Shown piece by piece: positions 38,371-48,380 of a DNA stretch of 64,000 bases; positions within the stretch are counted from its first letter, which is position 1, and each line of letters starts with the position of its first letter. Made by a program: the position numbers and the translations under genes. The notes below the pieces were generated by a model. That model was not told the DNA's origin. It made no database searches and was given only the letters and a program-made list of their open reading frames with translations. This DNA comes from an uncultured Erysipelotrichaceae bacterium. Lineage in GTDB: Bacteria > Bacillota_I > Bacilli_A > RFN20 > CAG-826. The stretch lies in contig CADBUI010000027.1 of the NCBI GenBank assembly GCA_902797855.1, forward strand, positions 42,639 to 106,638. Reading direction: 5' to 3'.

Positions 38371-39233
38371 TTTGAATACCTCTCTTTCCTATAAGGAAGT
38401 TCATTAAGTAACTTTAAATATATTTGATAGGCTGATTTAGATAATTTACCAGTTTCAATTTCTTTTTTGACTGCGCACTCTTTCTCGTTTTGATGTAGAC
38501 AATCTGAGAAATAACAATTTAGATATAAATCATTATATCCTGGGAAATAGTGAGCAATATCTTCTTTAAAGATATCAAGTTCTAAAGAAGAAAACCCAGG
38601 AGTGTCCCCAATAAATCCATTTAAATACGGGAGAAGAATAACTTCTTTAGTTTTATGTTTTCCCCTTCCTAAGGCAGTTGAATATTCCCCAATATGGCGG
38701 GAATAACTAGGATCGATTTCATTAATTAATGAGGATTTACCCACTCCAGTTTGACCCATAATAATATTGACTTTATTATCTAAAACTTTCTTAATTTCAC
38801 TTATTGAATTTTCATCCTTATTTGAAGTTAAGAAAACTTTGATACCAAGTTTTTCTAAATCAGATTTAAGTTCATTAACTTTAGTTAAGCCAGTTAACAT
38901 ATCAATTTTAGTAAGCACGATAACAGAAGGAACAGCGTTCATATTCGCATATGTTAAAAATTTATAGATAAGTTCTTCTGATAAATTAGGTTCCACTACA
39001 CTCATAACGATAATTAATTGGTCAACATTTGAGCATCTAGGTCTAATGAGTTCATTTTTCTTATCTTTCACATCGATAATCACTAAAGTTTCATCATCAA
39101 AAATAACGTCATCACCGACGTTAAGATGCTTATTTTTAAACTTAAGACTTCCCTTAGGAAAGACATTATAATTCACTCCGGAAGAATAAATGGTATATAT
39201 TCCAGCGTTATTTGCGACAATTTTACCTTCCAT
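38367..39233 (-). CDS. rsgA: ribosome small-subunit-dependent GTPase A
   Basis: Circularly permuted GTPase (GQTGVGKSSLINEI) with C-terminal zinc-finger cysteines. Confidence 0.85.
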   Translation of the reverse strand: MEGKIVANNAGIYTIYSSGVNYNVFPKGSLKFKNKHLNVGDDVIFDDETLVIIDVKDKKNELIRPRCSNVDQLIIVMSVVEPNLSEELIYKFLTYANMNAVPSVIVLTKIDMLTGLTKVNELKSDLEKLGIKVFLTSNKDENSISEIKKVLDNKVNIIMGQTGVGKSSLINEIDPSYSRHIGEYSTALGRGKHKTKEVILLPYLNGFIGDTPGFSSLELDIFKEDIAHYFPGYNDLYLNCYFSDCLHQNEKECAVKKEIETGKLSKSAYQIYLKLLNELPYRKERYSK

Positions 39234-40114
39234 TATTTAAACCCAAACAAACGTTTGAACCAGTTTTGTTTTTCACCTTTAAAGTTGGTTTTGTTTGCAA
39301 TAGCAGCTTCAATCGCTACTTTCATTTCTAAAGCGCTAGCGTATCTTTCTTTTGGATTTCTCTTACATGCTTTAAGAATAATCTTATCGATTTCTTTAGG
39401 AACACTTGGAGAATATTTTGTAGCGCTTGGGAATGGTTTTTTAATATGACTCATCGCAATGTCAATTGCGCGACCTTCTTCAAAAGGAAGTCGACCTGTT
39501 ACTAGTTCAAAGAAAGTAACTCCAACTGAATAGATATCAGATTGAACGGTTACTTGTTTTCCACTACAAACTTCTGGAGCTAGATAAAAGACTGAACCAA
39601 GGATTCCTTTTTCGGTTTTGGTTTCATCAATATTAGCGTCTACCGCAATACCAAAGTCCGCAAGTTTAATAGTTCCATCTGCGAGATAAAAAATATTTTG
39701 TGGCTTAATATCGCGGTGAATAATTCCATGGTTGTGAATGTAATTCACGGCGTCTAATAATTGAACCATGATTTGGCATGATTCATATACAGTTAATCTA
39801 GTTAAGAAAGTTAATTTTTCTGCTAAGGTTTGACCTTTAATATATTCATAGGCCATATATGGTCGATCATCATAAGTTCCTTGGTTATAAACTTTGATGA
39901 TGTTTGGATGATTCATGGCCGCACAGCTCATAACTTCATGTTTGAAACGATTGACGTTTTCTTCATCTCCAATAAGTTCTTCGCGCATTATTTTAATCGC
40001 CACAACACGCTTAGCGACAAAATCAGTCGCTTCAAAAACTTCCGCCATACCTCCGGTACCGATGCGGCTAGTGATGCGATATCTATCATCAATCCTATCG
40101 CCAATTTTAACCAT
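39233..40114 (-). CDS. Hanks-type Ser/Thr protein kinase, kinase domain only (no TM or PASTA)
   Basis: GTGGMAEVF...AIK, HRDIKPQN and DFGIA motifs. Start taken at MVKIGDRI, overlapping the PP2C stop. Confidence 0.85.
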   Translation of the reverse strand: MVKIGDRIDDRYRITSRIGTGGMAEVFEATDFVAKRVVAIKIMREELIGDEENVNRFKHEVMSCAAMNHPNIIKVYNQGTYDDRPYMAYEYIKGQTLAEKLTFLTRLTVYESCQIMVQLLDAVNYIHNHGIIHRDIKPQNIFYLADGTIKLADFGIAVDANIDETKTEKGILGSVFYLAPEVCSGKQVTVQSDIYSVGVTFFELVTGRLPFEEGRAIDIAMSHIKKPFPSATKYSPSVPKEIDKIILKACKRNPKERYASALEMKVAIEAAIANKTNFKGEKQNWFKRLFGFK

Positions 40115-40868
40115 TATCGATACTCTCCCAGTATGCGATAGCGATATTATCGCTACCACCATTACTATTTGCGATTCCAATTAGTGTATCAATCTTTTGT
40201 TCAATTCTTTCGTTTGTGGAAAGCGCCGCATGGATTTCACTTTCAGTCGCGTTATTGTATAGTCCATCACTACATAATAGTAATGGAGCCTTAATATTTG
40301 GAATTGTGGTAATTTTAAATGAAACGGATGGGAATGTTCCAATCGCATTCATAATAATATGTCTATCTTTAGATACTCTAGCTTCTTCTGGAGTCATCTT
40401 TCCAGTTCTAACTAGATATTCAACATAAGTTTGGTCTTCAGTAAGTTGCTTTAAATTTGCATATCTAACTGAATAAGCTCTTGAGTCACCAACATTTACA
40501 ATGTAAATGACATCTTTATATAAGAGGGCTAAAACAAGGGTTGTGCCCATGTTTTTATATTCTGGATTGGAATTAGCTTCGTTATAGACCACACTATTAG
40601 CGTATCTAACGGTCTTAGATAACCATGCTCTAACGGAAAAATTAGAGAAGAAACCAGGTTTTTTTCTAAATTCTTCACTTATAACATCGATGCAAAGTTT
40701 AGAAGCGTAGTCACCTTTAGAATGACCACCCATACCATCACAAACGCACATTAAAACATCGCCTGAGGCGTTTGAAAGAATGATGGCTTGGTCTTCGTTA
40801 GTGATTCTAACTCTACCAATATCCGTCTTATATGCGTATTGACCTCTGATATTAATTACCTTTTTCAT
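40107..40868 (-). CDS. PP2C-family Ser/Thr phosphatase
   Basis: MCVCDGMGGH...; pairs with the kinase as in stp-prkC. Confidence 0.85.
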   Translation of the reverse strand: MKKVINIRGQYAYKTDIGRVRITNEDQAIILSNASGDVLMCVCDGMGGHSKGDYASKLCIDVISEEFRKKPGFFSNFSVRAWLSKTVRYANSVVYNEANSNPEYKNMGTTLVLALLYKDVIYIVNVGDSRAYSVRYANLKQLTEDQTYVEYLVRTGKMTPEEARVSKDRHIIMNAIGTFPSVSFKITTIPNIKAPLLLCSDGLYNNATESEIHAALSTNERIEQKIDTLIGIANSNGGSDNIAIAYWESIDNG

Positions 40869-41895
40869 GTTGATCTTTTGCTCTTAGTTGTCCACATGCT
40901 GCGTCAATATCATTTCCGAATTCTTTTCGAATTGTCGTGTTCACTCCATGTTGGAGGAGATATGAGAAGAAAGCGTGGACTGTTTTATCATCACTCCTTA
41001 AAAAGGAGTTCTCATCGACTGGATTATATGGGATGAGATTGACGTAGGCTAATGTGCCCTTAATTAGTTTAACTAATTCTTTTGCACATTCAAGGGAATC
41101 ATTAACGCCTTTGAGCATTATATACTCAAAAGTTACTCTACGATTTGCCTCTTTTTCATAATACTTCACTGCTTCCATTAACTTAGGAAGAGGATAGCCT
41201 TTTGAAATAGGCATTATCTTATTTCTAATTTCATCATTTGGAGCGTGAAGAGATATTGCTAAATTGATTTGAAGTCCTTCGTGAGCGTACCTCATTATTC
41301 CTGGAATTAATCCACATGTTGATACGGTGATATGTCTAGCTCCAATTGCCATTCCTTTTGGGTGATTCATTATTCTAATGAAATCAAGGACATTATCATA
41401 GTTATCAAATGGTTCTCCAGTACCCATTACCACAATATGAGTGACCTTTTCATTTTTCTCTTCAAGAATAGAATTCATGACGAGGACTTGCCCAACTATT
41501 TCGCTCACTTCAAGATTTCTTTTCTTTTTAAGTAGTCCACTAGCGCAAAAAGCACAAGCCATATTGCATCCTACTTGGCTAGAAACACAGATGGCATTCC
41601 CATATCTATATGGCATTAAAGCAGTTTCGACTTTTGAGCCATCATTAAGTTCTAGAAGAATCTTAATTGTGCCATCTTTGCTATCTTGTCTTCTATATAG
41701 TTTTGGAAGTTCTAGACAAAAATCTTTATTAAGAACTTCACGGAATGATTTAGAGACATCACTCATCTCATCAAAACTCCTAGCTTTCTTTTCATATAGC
41801 CAAGTGAAAAGTTGAGTTGCGCGATATCGCTTTTGTCCATAAGATATCATCAACTCTTCTAGTTTAGTGAGTTCAAGTCCGTATAAATTAATCAT
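40852..41895 (-). CDS. rlmN: 23S rRNA/tRNA A2503/A37 C2-methyltransferase (radical SAM)
   Basis: CVSSQVGCNMACAFCASG radical-SAM cluster motif. Confidence 0.9.
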   Translation of the reverse strand: MINLYGLELTKLEELMISYGQKRYRATQLFTWLYEKKARSFDEMSDVSKSFREVLNKDFCLELPKLYRRQDSKDGTIKILLELNDGSKVETALMPYRYGNAICVSSQVGCNMACAFCASGLLKKKRNLEVSEIVGQVLVMNSILEEKNEKVTHIVVMGTGEPFDNYDNVLDFIRIMNHPKGMAIGARHITVSTCGLIPGIMRYAHEGLQINLAISLHAPNDEIRNKIMPISKGYPLPKLMEAVKYYEKEANRRVTFEYIMLKGVNDSLECAKELVKLIKGTLAYVNLIPYNPVDENSFLRSDDKTVHAFFSYLLQHGVNTTIRKEFGNDIDAACGQLRAKDQHEKGN

Positions 41896-43138
41896 TATCT
41901 TTCTTCTTTAAGATTGCGTAATACATTAATGTATCTTTATCTTCAAATGAGAAATATTGTTTTGATTCAATAAGTTCAAATTCTTTGTGTCTATTAACAA
42001 AATCATTAATAATTGCAACGCTTTCTTTCTTATCAAGAGTGTCAACGATGTAAACAAGTTTACATCCTGGTCTCACGAATTTAGAAAATCCTTCAAGGGA
42101 TGCTTTTTGATTATCAATAAGTGAATCAAGACTATCTTGCTTAAAGTGAAGTAGATAATCTGGATATTTTCTAATTTTGTCAAATGAGGATGATTTTGGA
42201 TAGACCACCACTAAGTCTTGAGGAGAGGTAATCGCTAAATCCATAAGCGAATAATCATTTGGAACAAAATAGGTAACGTTTTTACATTTCTCAAGTCTAA
42301 TTAAACGTAATAAATCTGGATGTTCATCAAGATTATTCACCGCCACTCTTAGGCCAGCTTTCTTATTTGTTCTAACGTATAGGTCTCTTGTAGCGGCTTT
42401 ATCATCACCTAGATATAAAGTCATCTCTTCAATATCGTCTGTGTAGACTTTGTCTAAGATTTCTTTTAAGGCTAGTCTAATGTTAAAGATTTCATAGTTT
42501 TGATAGGCTTTGAGTTTATGGATGTTTTCTTTTGTCGATAAATAGACAACATCTTTTACATTACTGCTAACAAAGCTAGGATGTTCTTTTAAGAAATCTT
42601 CTTCACTAATCTTCATCGTATTGATGCGGAAATATTGATTGGATGGTTTAATGTTTTTCTTAAGAACTTTGTAGGTAAGTGATCTACCATAATGCTTAAA
42701 CCACATCTTAAGTAGATAAGAAGGAACATTAAATCTAAGGGAGACAAATTCCATTGAAGAATGGTCAACACTTTCCCCTAGTGAGTCTAGTGCTGCACCA
42801 TCAAAAGTTAATAATTCATTAATTTTATCATTATAGGATTCATTAAGAGTTTCTTTAATAAAAGAAGTGACTTTTTCTTTATCAATTCTTCTTAAGAAGA
42901 AATTATTCGCTAAAGCGAGCAAAAGAAGATATTTATTATCTCCTAAGTCAAATTCTTTAACGAGTTTAGAAAGAAATAAATGATGACGAAGTTCACATCC
43001 ACTTAAAGCAGACACAATAGGAGTAAGTTCAGCATCTTTTTCATTAGCTAAAAATACTTCTTTAATAGCTTCTTTAAAGGTTTTATCTTCTTCGATGACA
43101 CGTTTAATAACTTCTTTTGAGAGTAGTAGTTCTTTCAT
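41888..43138 (-). CDS. RsmB/Sun-family protein with degenerate SAM-binding and catalytic motifs (probable pseudo-methyltransferase)
   Basis: NusB-like N-terminal domain and RsmB-like layout, in the syntenic position upstream of rlmN. The CAAPGGKT, DAPCSG and TC motifs are replaced by LGDDKAAT / ITSPQD / VD. Confidence 0.55.
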   Translation of the reverse strand: MKELLLSKEVIKRVIEEDKTFKEAIKEVFLANEKDAELTPIVSALSGCELRHHLFLSKLVKEFDLGDNKYLLLLALANNFFLRRIDKEKVTSFIKETLNESYNDKINELLTFDGAALDSLGESVDHSSMEFVSLRFNVPSYLLKMWFKHYGRSLTYKVLKKNIKPSNQYFRINTMKISEEDFLKEHPSFVSSNVKDVVYLSTKENIHKLKAYQNYEIFNIRLALKEILDKVYTDDIEEMTLYLGDDKAATRDLYVRTNKKAGLRVAVNNLDEHPDLLRLIRLEKCKNVTYFVPNDYSLMDLAITSPQDLVVVYPKSSSFDKIRKYPDYLLHFKQDSLDSLIDNQKASLEGFSKFVRPGCKLVYIVDTLDKKESVAIINDFVNRHKEFELIESKQYFSFEDKDTLMYYAILKKKDND

Positions 43139-43143
43139 AGAGT

Positions 43144-43617
43144 TTATTTATCCTTATCAATATCGGTTGTGTAAAGTTCATCAAGTTTATCTTGATAACC
43201 TTCAAAGATATTTCCTTCATAAAGTTCTTCGCCTTCAGGAAGTTCTTCTTCTTCAACGTTAGCGATATTGTCTTCAGTTAAAAAACGTGGATAGTCTGGA
43301 TTTATATGTTCAAATCGATCGTGGTCGTGATAGAAATAAAATTCGACGGCAAGATTGATTGAAAAATCTTTTAAAGTAGAAATTAAATATTTTGCGACAG
43401 TTTTTTTAACAGCTTCAAATTTAGTTGGAGCGTTAACTCTCACAATTGAATTCCATGAAGGTTGATCAACACCTTTATAGAAAGTAAGTGAATCAGTTGC
43501 AACAAAGAGAATATTCTCTTCACTAGTTTCAAATAGGTCCGCTAAATTTTTAGTGTGATCTTTTGAATAATGGGCAACTGTGTATTGGTCTAAGCCAATA
43601 AGGGTGATAGTAATCAT
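43144..43617 (-). CDS. hypothetical protein with acidic C-terminal tail (157 aa)
   Basis: Start taken at MITITLIG (AGGAG 7 nt upstream). The track's M1 has no RBS and overlaps priA. Confidence 0.5.
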   Translation of the reverse strand: MITITLIGLDQYTVAHYSKDHTKNLADLFETSEENILFVATDSLTFYKGVDQPSWNSIVRVNAPTKFEAVKKTVAKYLISTLKDFSINLAVEFYFYHDHDRFEHINPDYPRFLTEDNIANVEEEELPEGEELYEGNIFEGYQDKLDELYTTDIDKDK

Positions 43618-43627
43618 ATAAGTTCTC

Positions 43628-45823
43628 CTATAATGAATATGGGTCAACGTTAACCTTAACGTTAATTTGAGATTTATTTTTAAACGAATCTAAAATCGTT
43701 CTCAAATATGGTTTTATTTTATCATCATTTTTATATTTTATTAATATAAGTCGACGATAAGTATTATTTTCTTTAGCGATAAATGGAGAAACTGGTCCTA
43801 AAATAGTCACTCCATCAAACTTTTGTTCCATTAGTTTAGAGGCGATTCGGTGCACCATTTCAATGACATTTTCTTCATTTTGTCCACTTATTTCTAGACT
43901 CGCTAAATAGGTGTATGGAGGGTATTGAGAAATCTTTCTAACTTGCATTTCTTTCTTATAGAAAGATTCATAGTCTTGCTTAGCGGCTAGACTAATCGCA
44001 TAGTGGGTTGGATTATATGTTTGAATGATAGCGATTCCTTCTTTGTTACTTCTTCCGCTTCTTCCAACCGCTTGGGTGATAAGTTCAAAAGCGCGTTCCG
44101 TACTTCTAAATGAAGGTAAAGAAAGTCCAATGTCTGCTAAAACAACACCAACTAATGTGACATTTGGGAAGTCGTGTCCTTTCGCGATCATCTGAGTTCC
44201 TACTAAAATATCAGCTTCATTATTAGAAAATTTCGCAATCGTTTTTGCGATATTGTTTCTTACTTCTCCAACATCGCTATCAAGTCTAAGAACTCTAGCT
44301 TCTGGGAATAATTTGTTTATTTCTTTAACGATGCGTTCAGTGCCAAATCCACTATGAGATAAATATTTACTACCACAGTTTGGACATACTTCTGGAGATA
44401 ATTCAACGTGTCCACAGTGATGGCATTTAAGAAGATTATCTTCCTTATGATAAGTTAATGCGATATCGCAGTTTGGGCACATAAACATATGTCCACAACT
44501 TCGACAAGTAATATATCCTGAGAATCCTCTTCTATTTATTAACAAAATAGCCTGCTCTTTTCTAGAAAGGACTCCACTTAGTTCATCGATAAGTCTCTTT
44601 GAAAAAATAAATGAATCACGGGTGAGATTATAGGCTCTGCCTAAATCGATAATACTTGTCCTTGGAAGTTCTTGATTATTGATACGCTTTGATAATCTCA
44701 CATAGTGATATACGCCTTTTTGAGCACGCGCCATACTTTCAAGGGATGGAGTGGCACTTCCAAGCACAACTTTAGCCCTAAAATGTTCCGCCCTAAAAAT
44801 AGCAACATCTTTAGCGTGATAATATGGCGAAGAATCTTGTTTATATGATTCAACATGTTCTTCATCAAGAATAATTAGTCCAATGTTATCTAGTGGCGCA
44901 AATATCGCACTTCTAGCGCCGACCACCACTCTAGTTTCGCCTTTAGATATTCTTCTATATTCATCATATTTTTCTGCTGGGGTGAGATCGCTATGAAGAA
45001 TTGCGACTTTATTATTAAACCTACGTTGGAAATATTCCACCATCACTGGGGTTAAAGATATTTCTGGAACGAGCATTAAAACATTCTTACCCTCTTTGAG
45101 GGTGAGTTCAGATAGTTTAAGATATACTTCAGTTTTTCCGCTTCCAGTTACACCATGAAGAAGAGTGACTGTTTTATCGGTATCTATAATTGATTTAACA
45201 GCTTCAAGTTGGTCACTTGTGAGCACCTTAGATTTCTCTTTTTTATATTCAGGAATCTCAAGTCTAGACTTCTCGACCTTAACAATTTCAATCTTATTAA
45301 GTGAGAGAAGTTTATTAATGATAGAAGGAGACTTATAGTCTTTTTTAAGAATTGGACCATTATTTTTTAGTCTTCTAATTAATTCAATTTGTTTAGGAGT
45401 TAAACCCTCTTCATTATCATCAAGTAGTCTTAGATAAGAATCATATGCAATTTTAGGTCCTTTTAAGGCACTTAGTGAAGGTTTAAGTGAAGTTGGAAGC
45501 ATACTTTGAAGAACGCTGATTAGAGGGGATAAATAATATTCACTCATCCTTTTAGCGAGCTTCATAAGTTCATCATTTAGTAATGGCTTTTCATCCACTA
45601 CATCAATGACTTCACTAAGTTTAAAACCAGTTTCTTTTTCAATTTCTTCGTGGCTTTTATTTGTGTCTATTACGTTTATAACGTAACCCATTACCTTTGA
45701 ATGGGCGAAAGGAATGATGACTCTAAAGCCTTCACCAACTTCTTTAGAGCCTAAATAGATATAAGAAAAAGGACGATTAAGAGACTCGGCTTTACGTTCA
45801 ATTAAAACTTCAACGAGTTTCAT
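43628..45823 (-). CDS. priA: primosomal protein N' (PriA helicase)
   Basis: Walker A GVTGSGKTEVY, DEEH box, and two Cys4 zinc fingers (CRSCGH...CPNCD, CHHCGH...CPNCGS). Confidence 0.9.
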   Translation of the reverse strand: MKLVEVLIERKAESLNRPFSYIYLGSKEVGEGFRVIIPFAHSKVMGYVINVIDTNKSHEEIEKETGFKLSEVIDVVDEKPLLNDELMKLAKRMSEYYLSPLISVLQSMLPTSLKPSLSALKGPKIAYDSYLRLLDDNEEGLTPKQIELIRRLKNNGPILKKDYKSPSIINKLLSLNKIEIVKVEKSRLEIPEYKKEKSKVLTSDQLEAVKSIIDTDKTVTLLHGVTGSGKTEVYLKLSELTLKEGKNVLMLVPEISLTPVMVEYFQRRFNNKVAILHSDLTPAEKYDEYRRISKGETRVVVGARSAIFAPLDNIGLIILDEEHVESYKQDSSPYYHAKDVAIFRAEHFRAKVVLGSATPSLESMARAQKGVYHYVRLSKRINNQELPRTSIIDLGRAYNLTRDSFIFSKRLIDELSGVLSRKEQAILLINRRGFSGYITCRSCGHMFMCPNCDIALTYHKEDNLLKCHHCGHVELSPEVCPNCGSKYLSHSGFGTERIVKEINKLFPEARVLRLDSDVGEVRNNIAKTIAKFSNNEADILVGTQMIAKGHDFPNVTLVGVVLADIGLSLPSFRSTERAFELITQAVGRSGRSNKEGIAIIQTYNPTHYAISLAAKQDYESFYKKEMQVRKISQYPPYTYLASLEISGQNEENVIEMVHRIASKLMEQKFDGVTILGPVSPFIAKENNTYRRLILIKYKNDDKIKPYLRTILDSFKNKSQINVKVNVDPYSL

Positions 45824-45837
45824 ATCGTCCTCGATTC

Positions 45838-46434
45838 TTATTTGATAATTTTAGCGTTCATTCTAGAACGGATAATATCCCTCACTTCTTCAGCAGCTCT
45901 AGAAATTTCATCATTTAAAACAATAAATTCATAATGATATTTAAGTTCCATTTCAGCTTCTGCTTTTTTAAGTCTTGTCTTAACGACTTCATCGGATTCA
46001 GTACCACGATGACGGATGCGGTTTTCAAGTTCTTCAAAAGAAGGTGGAATAATAAAGATAGAGATTACATCTCTGCCTTGGCAGTTTTTGAGGACTTGGG
46101 TTGTGCCATTAACTTCAATTTCAAGCATGACGTTTTTACCTTCATCTCTCATCTTTTCGACTTTGTCTTTTGGTGTTCCATAACGGTTACCGACAAATTC
46201 TGCCCATTCTAAAAGATTGTTATTATCAATGTTTCTTTGGAATTCTTCTTTAGAAACGAAATAATAGTCTTCTCCATCAACTTCACCAGGGCGACGCGCT
46301 CTAGTGGTCATAGAGACACTATAATATAGATTTAAGGATTTATCTTTCATTACTTCGCGGCGAATGGTTCCTTTTCCAACTCCGCTTGGGCCACTCATAA
46401 TGATAAGTAGGCCACGTTTTTTATCTTTTTTCAT
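45838..46434 (-). CDS. gmk: guanylate kinase
   Basis: LLIIMSGPSGVGKGTI P-loop. Start taken at MKKDKKRG. TATAAT lies 6 nt upstream of the ATG, suggesting a leaderless mRNA. Confidence 0.85.
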   Translation of the reverse strand: MKKDKKRGLLIIMSGPSGVGKGTIRREVMKDKSLNLYYSVSMTTRARRPGEVDGEDYYFVSKEEFQRNIDNNNLLEWAEFVGNRYGTPKDKVEKMRDEGKNVMLEIEVNGTTQVLKNCQGRDVISIFIIPPSFEELENRIRHRGTESDEVVKTRLKKAEAEMELKYHYEFIVLNDEISRAAEEVRDIIRSRMNAKIIK

Positions 46435-46518
46435 GGTTTTATTATATAAAATAGATACTCTTAATTCAATCAAATAAACTTTGTTTAACACTAAATCTAT
46501 TTCCTATATAATTTAACT

Positions 46519-47883
46519 ATGAGAATTAGCCATAAATCCTATCAAAATTACATTGATAAATTAAATGAAAAATATCGTGATGAAGTTCTTTTTTCTCCAC
46601 TTCTTTTAAACGAAGAAACACTTGTGTTTCCATTTAGAGATTTAAAGAATGAATCGCTTGTGATTTCTTTAAATGGAAAGTCTCCATTAATGTATGTGAT
46701 TAATGAAGATCATTTCTTTTCTAGTTTGGAAAATAATGCTTTACATAAATTTAGAAAGATTCTTGGTGTTTCTAAAATCAGAAATATCTCATTAAGTAAG
46801 AATGATTATGTAGTGAATGTATCGCTTGAACTTATTGAAGAAGAATTTGATAATTTCGCTAGTTTAGTGCTTGAACTAATTCCTTTAAACGCGAATGCAT
46901 ATATCACTAAAAACGATGTTGTTATTGAATCATTTTATAAATCAAAAATTAGAGGGCTTAATAAAGGCGATAAATACGCCTTCCCTAGCCAAGAAAAACT
47001 AAGTGATTTAGGCGAAGAGTTCACAAGTGAACTTATAAGCAAACATTATAAGAACGAATTAGAAATTCGTCATAAAGAAAAATATCGTGATTTCAGTAAA
47101 TATTTAAATAGTAAAATTAAGCTTGTTAATAAGAAAAAAGATGCGATTTTAGAAGACGTTAAAAAAGCAGAGACAAATCTAAAATATAAAGAAATCGCTG
47201 ATGCAATTTTTACCCTTAACTTAAATCTCAAATCTCACCAAAAAGAACTAGACGTTTATGGTGAAAAAGTATCATTAGATGATAAGAAAACAATTATTGA
47301 AAATATTGAACATTTCTATAAGAAATCTAAGAAAGCCAAAGAGACAATTTCGCGAAGCGAAGATAATCTAAAACTTGCTGATAAAGAACTTGAAGCGTAT
47401 AAATCTCTTCAAGATAGATTTTTAAATGCAAATAGTGAAAAAGAATGCGACAAAATCATTTCTGAAAGTGGAATGATTAAAAAGAAAAAAGAGGTCAAAG
47501 AAACCATCTTTAATAGACCATATAAAGTTAATCTTAATGGAACAATTATTTATTTTGGAAGAAACGCTTCTCAAAACGATTATCTCTCCTTTGTGATGAA
47601 ACTTAACCGTGAATTCACTTGGCTACATATCAAAGATAAAAGTGGCGCGCATCTAGTGATTTGTAATACAAAACCAACTGAAAACGAACTAGTCACCGCT
47701 TGTGAAATAGCCCTACTTTGCTCTAGAGCAACCTCTGGAGAAATAGTTTATACATTAAAGAAAAATGTCCGTCGAGGACATACGTTAGGTGAAGCTATTC
47801 TTAAGAATCACTCCACCATTAAGTTAAATAGTGTTAGAGAAGAAACTAAAGCGCTCTTCACTAAAGCTGAAAGAGTTAATTAG
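46519..47883 (+). CDS. RqcH/FbpA-family protein (NFACT domains), short form
   Basis: C-terminal NFACT-R (DUF814) region ...YFGRNASQNDYLSFVMKLNREFTWLHIKDKSGAHLV.... Divergent from gmk, as yloA is in Bacillus. Confidence 0.6.
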   Translation: MRISHKSYQNYIDKLNEKYRDEVLFSPLLLNEETLVFPFRDLKNESLVISLNGKSPLMYVINEDHFFSSLENNALHKFRKILGVSKIRNISLSKNDYVVNVSLELIEEEFDNFASLVLELIPLNANAYITKNDVVIESFYKSKIRGLNKGDKYAFPSQEKLSDLGEEFTSELISKHYKNELEIRHKEKYRDFSKYLNSKIKLVNKKKDAILEDVKKAETNLKYKEIADAIFTLNLNLKSHQKELDVYGEKVSLDDKKTIIENIEHFYKKSKKAKETISRSEDNLKLADKELEAYKSLQDRFLNANSEKECDKIISESGMIKKKKEVKETIFNRPYKVNLNGTIIYFGRNASQNDYLSFVMKLNREFTWLHIKDKSGAHLVICNTKPTENELVTACEIALLCSRATSGEIVYTLKKNVRRGHTLGEAILKNHSTIKLNSVREETKALFTKAERVN

Positions 47884-48380
47884 ATTGTATATTTTTTAAG
47901 TAAATCTTTAGTGGCTAAACCATGATATTTTTTCTGTCTAAGAACTTCATAAACCACTATTGCAACCGAATTAGATAGATTTAAACTTCTCGCAGTGGAA
48001 AGCATAGGAATACGAAGCGTATTTTCTTTATGTTTTGAAAGGATATCTTTATCAATTCCAGTTGATTCGTTTCCAAACATAATATAGACATCTTCAAGTG
48101 GATCACTAAAATCTATTTCACTATGAACACGAGTTCCATATTTAGTGATGTAATAAATCTTTTTATCAGCGAATTCTTTTTCAAATGATTCATAGGAATC
48201 ATAATAATCATATTTAGCGTCCACTAAATAGTCCATTCCTGCTCTTTTAAGCGCTTTATCGTTAAGCATAAAAGGAAGTGGTCCAATAATATGAACAACA
48301 CTATTAGTAGCCATCGCTGTGCGAAGGATATTACCAGTATTTTGAGGAATCTCAGGATGAAATAAAATTATATGAATCAT
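47880..48380 (-). CDS. trmL: tRNA (cytidine/uridine-2'-O)-methyltransferase, SpoU/TrmL family
   Basis: 166-aa SPOUT fold; HIIGPLPF...IMFGNESTGI. Confidence 0.8.
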   Translation of the reverse strand: MIHIILFHPEIPQNTGNILRTAMATNSVVHIIGPLPFMLNDKALKRAGMDYLVDAKYDYYDSYESFEKEFADKKIYYITKYGTRVHSEIDFSDPLEDVYIMFGNESTGIDKDILSKHKENTLRIPMLSTARSLNLSNSVAIVVYEVLRQKKYHGLATKDLLKKYTI

